A stretch of DNA of 64,000 bases from an uncultured Gemmatimonadales bacterium (GCA_963701965.1 OY969695.1:992001-1056000), one strand, 5' to 3'; positions 8,981 through 24,170 are shown, counted from the first letter of the stretch. A program made the numbers and translations. Notes: a model not told the origin generated them from the letters alone.

Positions 8981-9946
8981 CTACTGGTACTGAATGTAGA
9001 CCGGGGCCGGAAAGAGCTTGAGAATGTCGGCGATCGCCGTCTGCGGCACATCCTGCCGGAAAAACTGCTTCCAGCCGGCGAACTGCACGGGCGACGCGAA
9101 CACATAGTCGTGGTACGACTCGCGTTTGAGCTCGGGCGGCCCGAAACCGTCCATGTCGATCACGACCTGCACGTGGGGATCGAGCACGATCCGATCCGGA
9201 TGCGTCAACATCGGGCGCCGAAACCGGTGGATCACGAGAATCTTGGGCGGCAAGCTGTCCCCAACGAGCTTGGCCAGAAACTGCGTGGCGTAGTTCACGT
9301 CGGCCGCGTCGATCGTGCCAATACGGCGGCCCGGCACGCCACCCCGCTTCGCCATCGCGAACTCCGGATCGATCGCCAGATGCACGTTGGGCCGGGCCAA
9401 AAACGGCGCCAGCCGCGGCAACTCCGCCTCGACGGTGCTCAACCCCGGTTGCACGTCGAGAAAGAGGAGCGCGTGACGGCGCGCGGCCCAGGAGTAGACA
9501 CGCTCCACGAGCGTGTCGGGCATCCGGGCCCGGTACTTCCCATCGGCGCCCGCGGACCCCTGGGCCACGACCGCAATGAGTTGGAGCGCGGGAATAACGG
9601 GCGTCGCCGAGTCCGCCGCGCGCCAGGCCGCGACCTCCCGGTCGAGATGCGCGAGCATCGTGTCGACCGGATAGGCGCCCAGCACCCCCATGTGCTTCGA
9701 CAACGGATTGCCATAGAAGGCGACGATTCGGTGCGATGGCAGGAGCGCCGTCGGGGACGCCGGCATCGTCGCCAGCGCCGCCCACCGACCAGCGAGGACA
9801 CTGTCCTGTCGCGGGCCGGGCCGCGCCACGTGGTAGTGATGATGCGCGTGCGACGCCGGCGGCGGCTCCGCCGCCACTGAATCCTGCGCCCCCAATGCCG
9901 CCGGAAACAGCACGGCGGCGACGACGAGTGGCCCGGCGATCCGCAA
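8981..9946 (-). CDS. Secreted hypothetical protein
   Basis: Signal peptide ending ALG-AQ; globular region with IVAFYGNP, LDVQPG, AIDPEF, IDMDGFG. Confidence 0.75.
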   Translation of the reverse strand: MRIAGPLVVAAVLFPAALGAQDSVAAEPPPASHAHHHYHVARPGPRQDSVLAGRWAALATMPASPTALLPSHRIVAFYGNPLSKHMGVLGAYPVDTMLAHLDREVAAWRAADSATPVIPALQLIAVVAQGSAGADGKYRARMPDTLVERVYSWAARRHALLFLDVQPGLSTVEAELPRLAPFLARPNVHLAIDPEFAMAKRGGVPGRRIGTIDAADVNYATQFLAKLVGDSLPPKILVIHRFRRPMLTHPDRIVLDPHVQVVIDMDGFGPPELKRESYHDYVFASPVQFAGWKQFFRQDVPQTAIADILKLFPAPVYIQYQ

Positions 9947-9951
9947 TCTGG

Positions 9952-10488
9952 CTACGACGCGTTCGCGGCTTTGACGAGAGTCTGCTCGAGCATCCCGGTG
10001 CTGGAGCAGTGGGTCGGGTCGTTGCTGTCGCCCGACGTCGGTTGCGCCGTGCCCTCCACCATCGTGGACACTCTCGTGGTGCCGTTGCCAAGCGCCGTGA
10101 GGGTGGAGACGACGGAAATCGTCAGGCGATCCTTGTCGGCGAGCGGTCCGCTGGCGATGTCCACTCCGCAGCGCAAGTACCGGGACAGCGCCGTGCCGTG
10201 CAGCGAGTGAATCGCCACGACGTGCACATTGCCGACGATGTGACGCTCCGCGTCGCGGGTGCCGACGTCGATGCCGAGCTTGATGTAGGCCGTCACCACC
10301 GCGGCGTACGCATCATCGAGCGGCCGCTCCATGGTGAGATCGTTGGGCGAATCCGCGGTCGTACGGGTCACCCGGCCCGCGTCGTCCTCGATGAGAACGC
10401 GCTCCGCATCGCGCGGCGCCGGGGTTCCTGGTGCGGACGCGCACCCGCCGATCAGTACCGCGAATGCTACGACACTCGAGCGCATCAT
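9952..10488 (-). CDS. Lipoprotein, paralog of 10513-11049
   Basis: Lipobox LIGG-C; shares AYxKLGIDxGTRDA, LSxYxxCG and CSSTG with neighbour. Confidence 0.8.
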   Translation of the reverse strand: MMRSSVVAFAVLIGGCASAPGTPAPRDAERVLIEDDAGRVTRTTADSPNDLTMERPLDDAYAAVVTAYIKLGIDVGTRDAERHIVGNVHVVAIHSLHGTALSRYLRCGVDIASGPLADKDRLTISVVSTLTALGNGTTRVSTMVEGTAQPTSGDSNDPTHCSSTGMLEQTLVKAANAS

Positions 10489-10512
10489 ACCGATTCTCCA
10501 GAAGCGCGGGTT

Positions 10513-11049
10513 CTACAAACCACGGGCGGTCTCGACAATGTCCTGCTCCAGCGCACCGGTGCTCGAACAGTAGGTCGGTGTCGTGCTCGTCCCTCGCGAG
10601 ACCCCGTACCCATTGACCAGCGTCGACACTTTTGTGGAGACCGAGTCGACCAACGACAGTGAGGAAACGACGGAGAACGTCACGATATACTGATCGGCGA
10701 GCGCCCGACCCATCATGTCCGCCCCGCAACTGAAGTATTTCGAGAGGGCCGAGCCGTGGAACGTCCGCGACGCGACGACCTGCGTATTGCCGACGATATG
10801 GTGTGCCGCGTCGCGCGTACCAATGTCGATGCCCAACTTGAGGTACGCCGCCGCGGTGGCGGCGAAGGCGGCATCCAGCGGCTCACGAACGGTCGCCTCG
10901 GTTGGCACATCCGCGGTCGTCCGCAGTCGGGTTCCCAATTGCTCGTCGGAGACCATGCGCACCATGTCGCCTTGTGACGTCGTCGGAACACCGGAGGAGG
11001 CACACCCGAGTGCCAGGAGGGCCCACGCTACAATGCTGAAGCGAATCAC
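10513..11049 (-). CDS. Lipoprotein, paralog of 9952-10488
   Basis: Lipobox ALG-C; same length (178 aa) and shared motifs. Confidence 0.8.
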   Translation of the reverse strand: MIRFSIVAWALLALGCASSGVPTTSQGDMVRMVSDEQLGTRLRTTADVPTEATVREPLDAAFAATAAAYLKLGIDIGTRDAAHHIVGNTQVVASRTFHGSALSKYFSCGADMMGRALADQYIVTFSVVSSLSLVDSVSTKVSTLVNGYGVSRGTSTTPTYCSSTGALEQDIVETARGL

Positions 11050-11079
11050 CGCGTCTCCAGATGTTTGGACGGCCCTACG

Positions 11080-12823
<1,744 letters not shown>

Positions 12824-12831
<8 letters not shown>

Positions 12832-15800
12832 GATCAGTTGCGACGAGCGAAATAGTCACCACGGTACCGCGACCTCGCTGACTCTCAACGGTGATTGTGC
12901 CGCCCCACCCATCGACGACACGGCGACTGACGGCCAGCCCCAATCCGCTGCCACTCGTCCGCGTAGAGAAATGTGGCTCGAAAAGGCGCGGCATGACGTC
13001 CTCGGGAATTCCTTCCCCATCATCTTCGACGGCGACGGTCACCCGCCCGACATCGCGGTCGACCCGCACGCGGACGCGGTGCGCGTCAGCGAGACGCGCG
13101 TTTTCCAGGAGGTTGAGCAACACCTCGCGCAACTCGTCGGCGCGCGCCCGCGCCACGAACGCGTTCGTGTCACTCGCGTCCACGGTCCACTGCACGCCGT
13201 CAGCACCGAGTCGCTCCAACTCGACCACGTCGCGGGCCACCGCGCCCACGTCGGTCGGCTCGGCCGGCGGCCGCTCCTCGGGCGCCGTGCCATACCGGCT
13301 GAAGGCGCGCGCAATCTCATCGAGCCGGTCGATCTCGGCCAGGATCCGGGACACGTTCTGGTGAAGAATTCGGTCGAAGTCACGACGCTTATCTGTATGC
13401 GCCCGTTGGAGATGCTGCACTCCTAGGCGAATTGGGGTGAGGGGGTTCTTGATCTCGTGGGCGACCTGGCGTGCCATCTGGCCCCACGCCAGGACGCGCT
13501 GGCTGTCGCCGAAATCGGCCGCCATGCGCCGGAACGCCGAGTACACCGGGATGAACTCCGCCGGCGGTTCACCGCCCAAATCGGGTTCGCGGGCGCCGGC
13601 GGCGGCGGCCAACGCGGCGCGGCGCAGCGCGTCGATCGGCCGCGCGAACCGGCGGGCCACGAGCCCGCTCAACCACAGGGCCGCCACCGCGCCCGCCGCC
13701 GTCGCGAACAGGACCAGGATACTCAGATCGTCCCGGCGGCGCGTGAGCGCCGCGTCGTCGATCGGATCCGTGCCGGCCGGCGCGGCGAGGATGACGTGCT
13801 CCTGCCGGTCATCGGTCGCGGCGCGGTACCCGAACAAGAGGCGCACGGCGTCCGCCCGCTCCACGCGGTCGGCCGTCAGCTCGTCGGCGAGACCGAGCCC
13901 CAGCTCGATATCCGGCCGCACGAATCCGCCGATGGGGGCCAGGGCCGTGAACAGGGTGTCACTGGCCCCGCTCAGCGCGCCGTTCCGATACAGGAGCAGG
14001 GGCGTGTCGAGGCGATCGCCGGCCAGTTGCAGGAAGTCGACTTCGCCGTTGTTGACCACGGAGCGCAGCGTCTCCAGCACACGGAGCGCGTGCGACTGCC
14101 GGTCATCGCTCGCCAGGCGCCGGTAGGACCAGGCCGTGAACAGGAGCGCCGGAGTCACGAAGAACGCGAACAACACCACGGTCAGCTGTGCGCGGTAGCT
14201 GCGGGCCCACCCGCGCGCCCGCCAGCGCGCCCACCGCCATACGGCGCCACCGGACACGGCGGCCAGGGTCCACAGGAGCGCGATGACCAGGAGATCGAGC
14301 AGCAGGAGCAGTGTGCCCCGCTCCGCCAACGCATCGATCGAGCGCAGATCGATCTCCACGTGGGCGCGCGCCGGAGTGAATCCGCCCCCAACGACCCAAT
14401 CGGCGTGCAGCTCCTCCCCCTCCCGCCACCACCGGCGGAGCGCGGCCCGTGTCTCGATCGTATCGGCGTGGCGCGAGGCGATACGGATCAGGATCAGCGA
14501 GTAAGCGGGCGTCCCGCCATTGGCGGCCGACGCCAGGCCGAATAACCGCGCTTCCGGCGACTCGGCGATCAACCGGGTCGCCGGCGCGACGACGACCGCG
14601 GTCACCGCGTGCGCCGGTCCGCTCCCTTCCGGCACCGCCAGAATGAGCTGCGTGCCCTGCGACGCCGCGGCCCCGATCATGACAGACGTATCGGCGGCGC
14701 TCGCGGCGTTCACGGCCTGCGCGACGCGTTGGCCCAATGTCTCGAACCGGGCCAGCTGCAGGGTGGCGATCGTATCGCCCGCGGGCGACCAGGCGCTGAG
14801 CGCCACCGGATACCCGCCCGCGGCGAGATCGGAGCGGGAGTACAGCTTGAGGAGATCGGCGCGCGAGCGCGGCGCGGGCGCGGCCGCCAAGTCGGCCCCG
14901 AACCGCTGCAGCAGCACGATCGCATTCGAATCCGGGGTCGTCAGCCCCGCCACGTCGCGCTCGGCCAGCGCCACCCGACGCTCGGCGTTCTCCGCCCAGA
15001 TCAAGAGCGCCGCGCCACACCCGGCGACCACGGTCACGGTCGTGATGCGCGGACGCGTGCCCGACGCGAACGCCGCGGCCGCCGCGGCGGCGATCCAGAG
15101 CCCGATATAGGCCGCCGGCCAACCGGCGACGGTCGGCGGCCGCCAGAGGAGCACACCGAGAACGGCCGCGATCACGGCGAGCGCGATGGCCACACCCGGA
15201 GCCGCGCCGCGCGACGTCCGGAGGGCGCTCCGCCCGGCGACGACGGCGACGCACAGCAAGGCGACGCCGGCCAGGGCCAGGGTGAGCTGCCACACAATCC
15301 ACAGCTCCACCGGCACGCCCGACCCCGGCGATGTGATGCCCTCGGCGAGCTCGCGGACAAAGTACGGCGTCGCGGCGCTCACGGCGACCGCGATCGCCGC
15401 CGCGAGCGGCCGGGAGCGCACCCGGACGCCCGCCTGCACGAGGGCCAGGGCCCCGAGCGCGGCGACCGCGCTGGTGAGCGCCAGGGCGCCGATGCTCGCG
15501 GTAAGCGGGCCGCCGATCGTCGAGTAGAAGTACGTCGGATCGAACACCGCGCTCAGATTGGAGAGCGTGTTGAGCGGCACGATCGCGATCACGGCCACTG
15601 GCAGGAGGAGGGCCGCCAACCGCCGCCCCAGGGGCGCGCGAGGGTACCACTCGGCGCCAATGAACGCGATCACCGCGAGCGCGAGGAGGGCCACGCCGCG
15701 GCGGCGGGCGCGTTCGATGGCCGCCGGGCGCGCGACGTCGACCCGCGGGGCGATCGGCTCGACCGTGACCAGGGTGTCGCCGCCGGCGCGGTTGAACGCG

Positions 15801-16498
15801 AGTCCCGACACGCCCGTGCGCCGCGTGATGACCTCGTCGAGCGCCATCGACAAGCGGTCCGCGGGCGGGTCGGCGTGCAGCAGCACGGTGGCCACGGCCC
15901 GCGAGGCGCCGCGGGTGACGGCCGCCTGCAAAGTGACGTAGAAATCACTCCACGTGACCGAAAGCCCGGGCGCATCGGACGGCGGCGTGCGAATGGTGCC
16001 GGCCCAGGCCACGGGTCCGCCGTTCCGGTATAGCACGATCCCACGCTCGGGGTCCACGGCTTGGCCGAGCACCCGCCGCACGGCGTCGAAGGCCGCCGGC
16101 GGATCGGACGGCGCGTCGAGGGCCCGCGTGGCGGTCCGGGTCAGCGACGCCGAGAGCCGCCCAAGGGCTTGCTGGGCGGTGCCCTGGGCTCGCGCCACGA
16201 CATCCTGGGAGACCGCGGGCCAGAACTGGTCGATGCGCCAGAGTGCGTACTGTCCCGCCATGCCGGCCAGGGCAAACGCGGTCAGCAGCACGGACGCGGC
16301 CCGGGCCGCGGACGTGCCGGGTCCGCGGCGCGGGGCGGCCAACGCGAGGGTGGCGACCGTGGCGCACACCGTGGCGACCAGATAAGGTAGGTCGGGCGCG
16401 CGGAGCCATCGCGCGGCCAACAGCACGGCGATCGCGGCGGCGGCCGACCACCAGGAGGAACGCGCGCCGCCGCGGCGATCCCTTTGTCCCGCAGGCAT
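12824..16498 (-). CDS. Large multi-pass membrane sensor histidine kinase (NtrY-like C-terminus)
   Basis: MARQVAHEIKNPLTPI H-box, NLLENA, DDGEG, GSGLGL; many TMs; start inferred at ATG 16498. Confidence 0.88.
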
Positions 16499-17216
16499 GT
16501 CGTCACCGCGACGTCTCAAAGAGTTGCCGCCCGGCCGTGTCGCCGCCGCGATCGCCGATGATCCGAGGCTCATCGTGCCGATTGGCACCTGTGAAGCCCA
16601 TGGGCCTCACGTGCCATTGGGGACCGATACGATAATCGTCGAGCATCTCGCCGACGATCTGTCCGCGGAGTTCGGCGTGCTGCGCGCGCCGACGGTCGAA
16701 TATGGCGTGAATGCCGAGACGGCACGGACGTCACCGGGGAACGGATCCGTGCGCAAGAAGACCTTGCACTCCCTGCTGAACGATCTGCTCGCTTCGTGGG
16801 AAGCGACGGGCGTGCGGGAGTTCATTCTGTTGACGGGGCACGGCTATGACGCGCATCAGGAGGCCTTGGCGACGGTCATCACCGCCGAGGCGCGCGTGCG
16901 CGTCGTCAATGTCTTCGCGGTTCACTTGGGCGATCTGTTGAGTGGCCAGGATGGCCCGATGCACGGAGATGAGGTCGACACCTCGCTTCTGTTACACCTC
17001 GCGCCGGAATTGGTGAATATGCGGGTCGCCGAGGACTATAGTCTGCCGGACCGCGAGCAGCGGCGCTACCGCCGCGGCCGGCTACGCGTGCCCGGTGAGG
17101 GGTCGGGGTCGGTGGGCCGGCCGACGTTGGCGACCGCCGAGAAAGGGCGCCTCGTGTACGAGCGACTCCTCGAGCGGATCGCGCAGCGGATCTTTCGGCC
17201 AGCGGGTCAGGGGTGA
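16497..17216 (+). CDS. Creatininase family amidohydrolase
   Basis: PIGTCEAHGPHVPLGTD, GHG, HGDEVDTS, ATAEKG motifs. Confidence 0.88.
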   Translation: MSSPRRLKELPPGRVAAAIADDPRLIVPIGTCEAHGPHVPLGTDTIIVEHLADDLSAEFGVLRAPTVEYGVNAETARTSPGNGSVRKKTLHSLLNDLLASWEATGVREFILLTGHGYDAHQEALATVITAEARVRVVNVFAVHLGDLLSGQDGPMHGDEVDTSLLLHLAPELVNMRVAEDYSLPDREQRRYRRGRLRVPGEGSGSVGRPTLATAEKGRLVYERLLERIAQRIFRPAGQG

Positions 17217-17935
17217 GGCGTGGCTGCATCCTCGCTCTCGCCGTCTTCGGGGCCCGGGTGGTCGGGGCCCAGGCCGCGAACGGGCTGGTGGTCGACCAGG
17301 GGAGCTTCACCATCACCGTGGGGTCGACCCGCGAGGGGCGTGAGACATTCGCCATCCGGCGTTCGCCGGCGGGAGGGGTGGACGCGCCGTTTCAGGCCAC
17401 GGGCACGGTGTTGCTGACCGACCGGCGCTTGACGCCAGCGCTGACGACGGACGCCTCGGGAGGACCCATCACGTATACGCTCGAAGTGCGGGGGGGCAGC
17501 GCGCCCATCGAGCGCATGGCCGTGAGCCGGGACCGTGGGTTCCTGACGTTACGCGGCCAGTGGCCGGGCGAGGAGTCGGTGCGGGAGATTCCCACCGCGC
17601 CGGTCCGCTGGGGGCCCGACTCGGCGGCCATCGGCGGCACCGTCCTCGTGGACGACGATGTCGTGCATCACTACTACTTTTTGTTGCTGCGGCGCCGGGA
17701 AGGCACGGTGTCGGTCGTCGTCCCCCGGCGGCAGGCCGCCGTCGCCCTGCACATCGCGCGCGATGGCGCCGACTCGGTCGTCATTGGCAACCACATTCTC
17801 AAAGCCGAGCGCGTCAGCATTACGGGTGACGCGGATGGGGAGCGCCTGGTGTGGGTCGATGCGGCCGGCCGGGTGCTCAAGGTCGAGGCGCCGGACCGGC
17901 ACTTGCTGGCGTTGCGCGATGACCCGCCGCGGTAG
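17213..17935 (+). CDS. Secreted hypothetical protein (beta-rich)
   Basis: Signal-like N-terminus, GTGA overlap with upstream gene, VWVDAAGRVLKV near C-terminus. Confidence 0.7.
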   Translation: MRRGCILALAVFGARVVGAQAANGLVVDQGSFTITVGSTREGRETFAIRRSPAGGVDAPFQATGTVLLTDRRLTPALTTDASGGPITYTLEVRGGSAPIERMAVSRDRGFLTLRGQWPGEESVREIPTAPVRWGPDSAAIGGTVLVDDDVVHHYYFLLLRRREGTVSVVVPRRQAAVALHIARDGADSVVIGNHILKAERVSITGDADGERLVWVDAAGRVLKVEAPDRHLLALRDDPPR

Positions 17936-17965
17936 CCGGCACGGTGTCAGGGAGGCGCAGGCAGT

Positions 17966-18036
17966 CGAGGAACGCGTGAGCGTTCCTCGTGTCCAACCGA
18001 CGGTTTCAGGGACGGCCGACAGGCCGTCCCTGAAAC
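17966..18036. repeat. Intergenic hairpin-TGTCCAACCGAC-hairpin element related to the coding repeat
   Basis: Perfect 10-bp stem 17966-17989 (loop GTGA), core 17990-18001, perfect 15-bp stem 18003-18036 (loop GACA). Confidence 0.75.
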
Positions 18037-18083
18037 TTGTCATAACTCCGTCACGTACGGTCACCAACTTGGCCCAGGGATTC

Positions 18084-19562
18084 ATGGTTCGTTCTAGAGT
18101 CGTCCGTCTCGGCGCCCGTCTGCTTGGCGCCTGCCTGTTGTCGGCCAGCGCGGCCCGGGCGCAGGGACCCACGCCGGACTCGGCGGGACCCATCCTGTCC
18201 TTGACCAATGCGCAGAAGATCGCCCAGCGCAACAACCCCGCGTACCTCCAGAGCATCGTGGCGCGCCACACCCAGAGCGCCTCGTTGCGCGCGGCGTACG
18301 GCGGCCTGCTGCCGCAGCTCACCACATCGATTCAAGGCCAGTACACCCAGGCCGGTACGAGTCTGATCGCCGGCCAGCAGCTCGGCGCGAGCTCGGACTA
18401 CTGGGCGTCCTTGTGGCAGCTCAATCTGAATTACACGCTGAGCGCCAACACGTTGCTGAGCCCCGCGGTGGAGCGCGCCAATCGCGATGCCACCGAAGCG
18501 GACATCGGCACCGCGGCCGCGACGCTGCGCAACAACGTCGCCATGGCCTACATCGCCGTCCTGCAGGCCCGGGCCCAAGCCGAGCTGCAGGACACGCTGG
18601 TCTCCGATGACCAGGCCCAGTTGCTTCTGGCCCAGGCGCGGGTCGCCGCCGGCGCGGCGACGCCGCTCGACGTCCAGCGCGCCGAGGTCACGCTCAACCA
18701 GCAACAAGTGCAGGCTGTCCAGGCGCACAACCAGATCGATATCACGAAGCTCCAGCTCTTTCAGGTCCTCGGCGTGCAACAGCCCAAAGGCGTGCAGGTC
18801 CGCGACACGTTCGCCCTCGTGCCTCCGCCCTACGGGCTCGACAGCCTGATGGCGATCGCGCGCCAGTCGAACCCCCAGCTCGTCGCCATGCACGCCCGCA
18901 CGCACGCCGCATCGGCGGACGTGCACCGCCAGCGCGGCCTCTACGCGCCGGTCCTGCAGATCCAGACCGGTCTCAGCGGCCAGACGTTCCAGTACACGGA
19001 CGTCAACGTCCTGGTGAACTCGGAGCAGCAGAACTTCGCGTTGAACTACCAGCTCTGCCAACTGCTCAATGGCGGGAACGCCGCGACTTGCGGCCCGCCG
19101 ACGCTATCGCCGGCGGAGATTCAGAGGCTGCGCCAGGCCAACAACCAGTTTCCGTTTGGTTTCATCAACAACCCGCGGCAGATCTCGGCGATGGTCTCGC
19201 TGCCCCTCTTCGACGGGTTTGTCCGCGAATCGCGGATCGAGCAGGCCGAAGCGGCGCGCGAGAACGCCCAGTACAACCTGCGGGGTCAGGAGTTGACGCT
19301 GACGGCGGCGGTCACGAGCTCGTATCTGAACGTGATGACCGCCCGCCGAACGGCCGATCTCCAGCAGCAGACGGCGGCCAAGGCCCGTGAGGAGATGGCC
19401 CTCGCCCAGGCCCGCTACGAAGTGGGAGCGGCCTCATCGTTGGATGTGACTGATGCACGGGCCGCGTTCGAGCGCGCCGAGACTGATCGGATCAACGCTG
19501 TGTATTCTTATCAGACGGCATTCGCCGCGCTCGAGAGCGCGGTGGGCCGTCCTCTTCGCTGA
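18084..19562 (+). CDS. TolC family outer membrane efflux protein
   Basis: Signal peptide; VSLPLFDG and ARYEVGAASSLDV motifs; first gene of export operon. Confidence 0.9.
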   Translation: MVRSRVVRLGARLLGACLLSASAARAQGPTPDSAGPILSLTNAQKIAQRNNPAYLQSIVARHTQSASLRAAYGGLLPQLTTSIQGQYTQAGTSLIAGQQLGASSDYWASLWQLNLNYTLSANTLLSPAVERANRDATEADIGTAAATLRNNVAMAYIAVLQARAQAELQDTLVSDDQAQLLLAQARVAAGAATPLDVQRAEVTLNQQQVQAVQAHNQIDITKLQLFQVLGVQQPKGVQVRDTFALVPPPYGLDSLMAIARQSNPQLVAMHARTHAASADVHRQRGLYAPVLQIQTGLSGQTFQYTDVNVLVNSEQQNFALNYQLCQLLNGGNAATCGPPTLSPAEIQRLRQANNQFPFGFINNPRQISAMVSLPLFDGFVRESRIEQAEAARENAQYNLRGQELTLTAAVTSSYLNVMTARRTADLQQQTAAKAREEMALAQARYEVGAASSLDVTDARAAFERAETDRINAVYSYQTAFAALESAVGRPLR

Positions 19563-19576
19563 CCGGGTCCCGACCT

Positions 19577-20871
19577 ATGACAGCACGCGCCAAGTGGACG
19601 ATTGCGCTGAGTATTCTGGCGATAGCCGCCATCGGCGGCGTCACGATCGCCGCCACGAACGGCAAGAAAGCCACTGAGGTCCGCATCGAGCCCGTGGTGC
19701 GGCGGGACCTCGTGGCGTCCGTGACCGCGAGCGGCCAGGTCGTCCCCCACACCAGGGTCGACGTCAGTACCGATATCTCAGGCCGCATCATCCAGCTGGC
19801 CGTGAAGGAGGGCGACATGGTCAAACAAGGCCAGTTGCTGCTCCAGATCGACCCGGCGATCTATGCGGCCGAAGTCGAGCACGACAAGGCCGCGCTCGCC
19901 GGCGCCAAGGCGGCCGAGGTCCAATCGTCCGCCAATCTGGCCCAAGCGCAGCACAACTACGATCGCTCGGCGCAGATCAAACGCCAGAATGCCTCGCTCA
20001 TCTCCGACGAGCAGATCGAGCAACTCAAGACGGCGCTCGACGTCGGCAAGGCGACGAAGGAAGCGGCCGACTTCCAGGTCGATCAGGCCGAGGCCACGCT
20101 GCGCAACTCCGAGAGCGCCTTGAGCAAGACGACGGTGCTGGCGCCCATGAGCGGGCGCGTGACCCGCCTCAATGTCGAGCAGGGGGAAACCGCGATCCAA
20201 GGGACGCTCAACAAGGATGCCGCGACCCTGCTGACCGTCAGCGACATGACCAATCTGGAGACGCGCGTCAAGGTCGACGAGACCGACGTCGCGCACATTC
20301 AGATTGGCGACTCGGCCCAGGTCCAACTCGACGCCTTTCCCGATACCACGTTCCTCGGACGCGTCACGAAGATCGCCAACAGCTCGGTCAAGGCCGCGGG
20401 GCAGGCCAGCACCACGACGTCGACCGATCAGGCGGTCGACTACGAGGTCACGATCAAGTTGCTCAACCCGCCGCCCGACACCCGTCCCGACTTTTCGGCC
20501 ACGGCCCGCGTGGTGACCGACTCCCGCACCCACGTGCTGTCGATTCCCATCATCGCCCTCACGGTGCGCGAGAACGAGCCCGTGCCCGCCGGAGACTCGG
20601 CGGTCACCATTGGCCGCGCCCAGCCCACGAAGCAAGTCGGCAAGCGCGACGTCGAGGGCGTGTTCGTGGTGGGCAAGGACAACAAGGTCACCTTCCGACC
20701 GGTGCGCGTCGGCATTGCCGGCGACAAGTTCTTCGAGGTCATGAGCGGCGTGCAGGAGAACGAGAAAATTGTTGGCGGCACGTACCAGGCCATCCGCGAC
20801 CTCAAGGATGGCGCGCTGGTGCGCGAGGCCAAGCAGGAGACGCCACATCTCGCGGCGACACCGGCCAAGTC

Positions 20872-20875
<4 letters not shown>
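19577..20875 (+). CDS. Efflux periplasmic adaptor (MacA/HlyD family)
   Basis: TM anchor, [35 protein letters not shown]. Confidence 0.9.
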
Positions 20876-22913
<2,038 letters not shown>

Positions 22914-22914
22914 T

Positions 22915-24165
22915 GTGAGCCGCGGCGCCAAAGTGTCCGCGATGTTCGAGGGCGTCTCCATCGCCCTCGACGCGATCCGCTCCAACAAGGTGCGTGCGGC
23001 GCTCACCATCTTGGGGATCGCTGTAGGCGTCTTCTCGGTGACCGCCATCGCGGCGGCGATTCACGGGATCAACGAGTCCGTGGCCAAGGACATTGAGTCG
23101 GCCGGCGCCACTACGTTCTTCATCTTCCGGTTCCCGATTACGTTCAGCTGTGATGGCACGGACGAAATGTGTCCGTGGATGCACAATCCCCCGATCACGC
23201 TGGCGGAGGCGACGGCCCTGAGTCGCCTCCCCGCATTGGAGGGTGTCACCGGGCAGATTGAGTTCCAGGGATCGTTCAAGTACGGAGACCGCGCGTTGCC
23301 CGCGGCGCAACTCCTGGGCTATACCCCGTCGTGGACTCAGACCGATGGTGGCGACATTAATCCCGGCCGCTCCTTCACCATTCAGGAGAACAACAGCGCC
23401 GCCCACGTCGTCCTCATCAACGACGTGATGACGAAGAAACTGTTCGGCGACAGCGTCGACCCTGTCGGCAAGACGATGACGATCAATAACTCCCAGTACG
23501 AAGTCATCGGCTTCTACCACTATCATCCGAGCATCCTCTCCGGGGGCGAGCGCGCCATGGCCATCGTCCCCATTCAAACGCTGATCCGGCACTTCAACGT
23601 CAGCGTCCGCGAGATGATGCTGACGATCAAGCCACGGTCGGAGGTCGCGCGGGACCAAGCGATTGACGACGTCACGGCTTTCCTGCGCGCCGCGCGTAGC
23701 CTTCGGCCGAGCACCACGAACAACTTTTCCGTCGTGACGCAGGACCGTCTTTTTCAGCTCTACAACAGCTTCTTCGGCGTCATCTTCGCGGTGACGCTCT
23801 CGTTGTCCGCCGTCGGGCTCCTGGTCGGTGGCGTCGGGGTCATCGCGATCATGATGATCAGCGTGACCGAGCGGACGCGCGAAATCGGCGTGCGGAAGGC
23901 GCTGGGCGCCACCCGATTCGTGATTCTGTGGCAGTTTCTGATCGAGGCGATCACGCTCACCAGCATCGGCGTCGCCATCGGTTTCGTGCTGGGCTGGCTG
24001 GCGGCATTGGTGGTGCGGCTTACCCTGCCCATTCCGGCCTCGGTGCCACCCATGGCCATTCTCGCGGCCGTCGGCGCGAGCATCGTCACCGGCATTCTCT
24101 TCGGCGTGCTCCCCGCAACGCGCGCCGCCCGCCTCGATCCGGTCACGGCGCTTCGTTACGAATAG
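22915..24165 (+). CDS. MacB/FtsX-type ABC permease
   Basis: VTERTREIGVRKALGA; RLDPVTALRYE; start may be ATG at 22942. Confidence 0.9.
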   Translation: MSRGAKVSAMFEGVSIALDAIRSNKVRAALTILGIAVGVFSVTAIAAAIHGINESVAKDIESAGATTFFIFRFPITFSCDGTDEMCPWMHNPPITLAEATALSRLPALEGVTGQIEFQGSFKYGDRALPAAQLLGYTPSWTQTDGGDINPGRSFTIQENNSAAHVVLINDVMTKKLFGDSVDPVGKTMTINNSQYEVIGFYHYHPSILSGGERAMAIVPIQTLIRHFNVSVREMMLTIKPRSEVARDQAIDDVTAFLRAARSLRPSTTNNFSVVTQDRLFQLYNSFFGVIFAVTLSLSAVGLLVGGVGVIAIMMISVTERTREIGVRKALGATRFVILWQFLIEAITLTSIGVAIGFVLGWLAALVVRLTLPIPASVPPMAILAAVGASIVTGILFGVLPATRAARLDPVTALRYE

Positions 24166-24170
24166 GCCGC

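Noticed and set aside
9826..9850. His-rich patch (HAHHHYH) after a signal peptide
   Set aside because: Too short and unsupported by context to claim metal binding.
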